Shown in pieces: positions 60,455 to 64,000 of a stretch of DNA of 64,000 nt (position 1 is the stretch's first letter; each line of letters starts with the position of its first letter). Source of the stretch: an uncultured Chloroflexia bacterium. Its GTDB lineage: Bacteria; Chloroflexota; Limnocylindria; Limnocylindrales; CSP1-4. Under the pieces are notes generated by a model. The model worked only from the letters and a program-made list of their open reading frames with translations, searched no databases and had not been told where the DNA came from. The position numbers were made by a program, and so were the translations under genes. The stretch spans positions 64,001-128,000 of the forward strand of contig CAVTHS010000014.1 of the NCBI GenBank assembly GCA_963734535.1, read 5' to 3'.

Positions 60455-61632
60455 AGATCGGGCTCGTCACCCCGTACGTCTACCCGTTGCCGGGCGGGGT
60501 GAACGACCACGTGGGGCACCTCTACGAGACGCTCCGGGCGCGGGGTCACGACGTCCGGATCCTGACCGCCAGCCACGGCCTGCAGCGCAGCTCCGAGGGC
60601 GACGTCATCCGGATCGGGAAGGGCTTCTCGGTGCCCTCCAACGGGTCGATGGGGACGATCACCGTCTCGCCGCGCTACCGGAGCCAGATCCAGGACGTCC
60701 TGGACCGCGAGCAGTTCGACCTGCTGCACTTCCACGAGCCCTTCGTGCCGCTCCTGGCGTTGTTCACCCTGCGCGAGTCGCGGAGCGTGAACATCGCGAC
60801 GTTTCACGCCTACGCGGGCTATGCCCCCGGCTACCAGCTGGGCGGGAAGATGCTGGGGCCCGTCGCCCGCAACCTCCACGGAAGGATCGCGGTCAGCGCC
60901 GCCGCCCGGCACTTCGCCGATCGCTACCTGCCCGGGGACTACAAGGTGATCCCGAACGGGGTCGACCTGCGCCGTTTCGCCCACGCGGTTCCGATGGCCC
61001 GCTGGCAGGACGGGCGGCCCAACATCCTGTTCGTGGGCCGGCTCGAGCCGCGCAAGGGCCTGCTCCCGCTCCTCAAGGCCTACCGGATCCTGCGCAAGAG
61101 CGGGTGCGACTGTCGCCTCCTCGTCGTTGGCTCCGGGCCGCAGGAGCGCGAGGCGCGCCGCTACGTGATGACCCGCCGCCTGCCCGACGTGGAGCTCCTG
61201 GGCCGCGTCTCGGACGGCGACAAGGTCCAGCTGTTCAAGTCCGCGGACGTCTATGTTTCGCCGGCGACCGGCCGCGAATCGTTCGGGATCGTGCTCCTCG
61301 AGGCGATGGCGGCCGGGACGGCCATCGTCTGCAGCGACATCCACGGCTACAAGGGCGTGGTGAAGCGGGGTGAGCAGGCGCTCCTGGTGCCGCCGGGCGA
61401 GTCGCGACCGCTGGCGGAGGCGATCCTCCGCCTCCTCGCGGACCCGGCTCTCCGCGAGCGGATGGGAGCAAGCGGGCTGGAGCGCGTCGTCGACTACGGG
61501 TGGGACCGGATCGGCGCCCGCGTCGAGGCCTATTACGGGTTCGTGATCCGGCGCCTGGCGGCCCAGGGCGCGCTGCCCCGCGACTTCCACGCCGAGGTCC
61601 CGCCCGACCCGCGGGGCAGCCCCGTCACCTGA
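60451..61632 (+). CDS. pimA: GT4 glycosyltransferase, PimA-like phosphatidylinositol mannosyltransferase
   Basis: MKIGLVTPY...PGGVNDHV, HFHEP, ATFH, IAVS, IPNGVD, GRLEPRKG, ESFGIVLLEAMAAG; pgsA-acyltransferase context. Confidence 0.8.
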   Translation: MKIGLVTPYVYPLPGGVNDHVGHLYETLRARGHDVRILTASHGLQRSSEGDVIRIGKGFSVPSNGSMGTITVSPRYRSQIQDVLDREQFDLLHFHEPFVPLLALFTLRESRSVNIATFHAYAGYAPGYQLGGKMLGPVARNLHGRIAVSAAARHFADRYLPGDYKVIPNGVDLRRFAHAVPMARWQDGRPNILFVGRLEPRKGLLPLLKAYRILRKSGCDCRLLVVGSGPQEREARRYVMTRRLPDVELLGRVSDGDKVQLFKSADVYVSPATGRESFGIVLLEAMAAGTAIVCSDIHGYKGVVKRGEQALLVPPGESRPLAEAILRLLADPALRERMGASGLERVVDYGWDRIGARVEAYYGFVIRRLAAQGALPRDFHAEVPPDPRGSPVT

Positions 61633-61651
61633 CTCCGCGTCGACGCCCCGT

Positions 61652-64000
61652 TCACGGGCCGGACGGCTCGGTCCCCTCGGGCACCCCTGCCTCGTCGACC
61701 AGCCGCTCCGCGGTCGCGAGGCGCCAGACCCACGCGCTGTAGGCCACGATCACGGCCGAGACGAGGACCGCGGCGAACAGCAGGACCGGCCACGGGCTGG
61801 CGAACGAGACGCTGAACGGCGGGTCCGTGTTGACGGCGAACTGGAACGGGTAGAGCCAGGACGGGAGCAGCCCCTGGTACCAGTTGAAGATGCCGTTCGG
61901 GAGCGGCAGCCCCGACCAGTTCGGGTAGAACGCGACGAACACGACGGCCGCCGCGAGGACCACGCCGACGGCGAAGCGACGCGGCGAACGCGCCGACCAT
62001 GCGAGCCACGCGATCGGTCCGAGGACCAGGAGGAGGAGGAGCGAGAGGACCTCGCCCGGGAACGCTCGGCGTCTGGACGAGCGGCGTCGCCGGGAGCAGG
62101 ACCGCGGCGGCCACCAGGCTCGCGCCGGCCACGACCCCCGTGCCCAGGATCCGACGGGAAGCTGCCCCGGCCTCGACCTGATCGGCGCCGGCCCGGATCG
62201 CCCGGTCGAGGCGCACGAGCTGCCAGACCAGCAGCCCGCCGCCGACCACGAGGACGCCGATCAGCCCGACCACCTGTGCTGAGAGCGTGAACGGCAACGC
62301 GGCCGAGGCGGAGCACGCCGGCGAGCCCGGGTTGACCTTCTCGACGCCGGCGATCGCGCACAGCGGACCCTTGCCGAGCCACATCACGACCGGCGCGAGG
62401 AGCGCCGCGGCCGCGCCGGCGCGGGCCAGTCGCCAGGTGCGCGCCGACGGCCCGTGCCAGAGCTCGGCGACGAAGTAGGCAAGGCCCAGGACCACGAACG
62501 GCAGGGTCGTGTAGAAGTGGTACTCGAAGGTGGCGCGGTCGATCCGCGCCCACGAGATCCAGAGCCAGCCGATCATGATCGAGATGAGCGCGAGGCCCAG
62601 GCTCCGGCGCCGGTAGGCCTGCCACGCGACGAATGCGATCGCCGGGATGGCGAGCCACCAGATGACCAGGTTCCCGCCGTCGTAGATCGCGCCCGACGTG
62701 GACCCGCCGAAGCCCTGCTGGAAGAACCAGACGGGCTTGAGGTTGAGCGGCCAGCCCCACCAGGGCGAGGCGGCCGCGTGCGTCGCCCGCAGGTTGTTGT
62801 GGTAGTCGTACATCGACTTCGTGAGGTCCAGCAGGGTCTGGCCGGTGTTGCCCGGCGGGGAACGTCGCTGTCAGCCGGTTGCCCAGCGCCACCCACGGCA
62901 GGTAGAGGGCGACGTAGACCGCGGCCGGGATCGCCAGCAGGGAGACGCCCGCCCACCCGATCGGGAGGCCCCAGCGCCAGCCCGGACGGAGCCACCCATC
63001 CGGGGCGGCTGCGGGCGGATCGAGCAGCGCCGCCGGGTCGTCCGGCGCGGGCGGCGGCGCGAGCGGCCCGAAGCCGAGCCGGCCCGAGAGCCAGAAGCCG
63101 CCTGCAGCGAGCGCGGCAAGGCCGAAGCAGCCGAGCGCGAGCGCGAGGGCCGTGGTGCCGAGATGGAGCGGGATGGCCGCCAGGGCAACGAGCGCGCCGA
63201 CCCCGGCGGGGCCTGCCACGGCGACCTGGACCTCCTCCGTGGTCCACGCGATCGGATGGAGCACCGTCACCACGGCGGCGACCAGGGTGAGGGCGATCAT
63301 GATCGCGAGAAAGGCGAGGTTGCCACTCGCGGTGTCGCCGGCGGGCACCGAGACGGCCATGTACCCGAGCACGGCCGTGACGACCGCGAGACCCAGCACC
63401 ACCACCACGCGCCCGAGCGCCGACCGGACGAGGATCAGGAGGCCGATCGCCCCGATCGCGTAGAGGGCGACCCACTTCGAGGCGAGGCCAAGGCCCAGCA
63501 GGACGCCGACGAGCGGCATACCGACCCAGAATGCTCCGCGCCACTTCCAGGCGCCCGTCCAGATCGCCGCGAACAGGGTGACCGCCGCGACGATGAAGAG
63601 CGCCGCGTACGTGTCGTTCATCGCGATCCGCTGCTGGACGAAGAACATCCCGTCGAGCAGGCCGAAGACCCCCGCGAGGATCGCCACCGACCGGCGGCGG
63701 AAGAGGATTCGGGCCAGCAGGAAGAGCAGCCCGGCCATGAGCGCGCCCGCGATCACGCCCGGGAGTCGCCACGCGAACGCGTGCTGGCCGATGTCGACCG
63801 AGGCGGCCTCGCCATCGCCGCCGAACACGAGCAGCTGCTGGCGGTCCGTCGCCGGCTGATCGATGTTGACGTCCGTCGCCCAGCGTGGCGGGCTCGAACG
63901 GCAGGCGCGCGTCGGCGAAGACGCTGTTCCCGCGTGGCTCCACCGCGTAGACGGTCCAGCCGGTGCCGTCCGGCGTGCGGCCGAGAGCGTGCACGATCTG
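61652..64000 (-). CDS. PMT/GT-C-like lipid-carrier-dependent glycosyltransferase, 5' end outside window (probable frameshifts near 63880, 62855, 62055)
   Basis: FAWRLPG, DGMFFVQQRIAMNDTY, LASKW, MYDYHNNLRATHAAASPWWGWP...KPVWF, RATFEYH, FYPNWSGLP, spread over consecutive frames. Confidence 0.8.

Noticed and set aside
1-64000. CRISPR arrays, tRNA/rRNA genes, transposases, integrases, prophage or defence genes
   Set aside because: None recognised by eye in the ORFs or intergenic regions. A small ncRNA cannot be excluded without a covariance-model scan.

Overview
High-GC bacterial window; gene content suggests Chloroflexota, possibly Limnocylindria-like, but this is inference only. About ten apparent single-base frameshifts in conserved genes look like long-read assembly errors. 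Five blocks: (1) 1-14348, a complex I operon (nuoB C D H ... J K L M N). Its nuoI appears split in two, and the halves are fused to the first and last genes of an inserted three-gene electron-input module: NuoI(N)-NuoE, a degenerate NuoF, and a 2Fe2S-GltD/NfnB-2x4Fe4S-NuoI(C) protein resembling Stn/Nfn-Bfu transhydrogenase subunits. This is the most striking observation. (2) 14391-20755, mixed genes: otsB, TlpA, a sortase-like protein lacking the catalytic Cys, CorA, MFS, CYTH. (3) 21054-54881, a ~34 kb sugar-catabolism region: DeoR + fused E1alpha/beta + E2 + PfkB; LacI + GDP-mannose 3,5-epimerase-like + GHMP kinase + nucleotidyltransferase + ManC; fucI/fucU/LacI/ABC; rhaD; PHP + aldolase-SDR + long MDR dehydrogenase; and a rhamnose operon. 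(4) 55041-61632, ArsR-pgsA-ino1-two acyltransferases-PHP-pimA-like (inositol glycolipid synthesis). (5) 61652-64000, the 3' part of a GT-C/PMT-like membrane glycosyltransferase. I found no rRNA, tRNA, CRISPR array or mobile element. All calls rest on motif recognition by eye; no searches were run.
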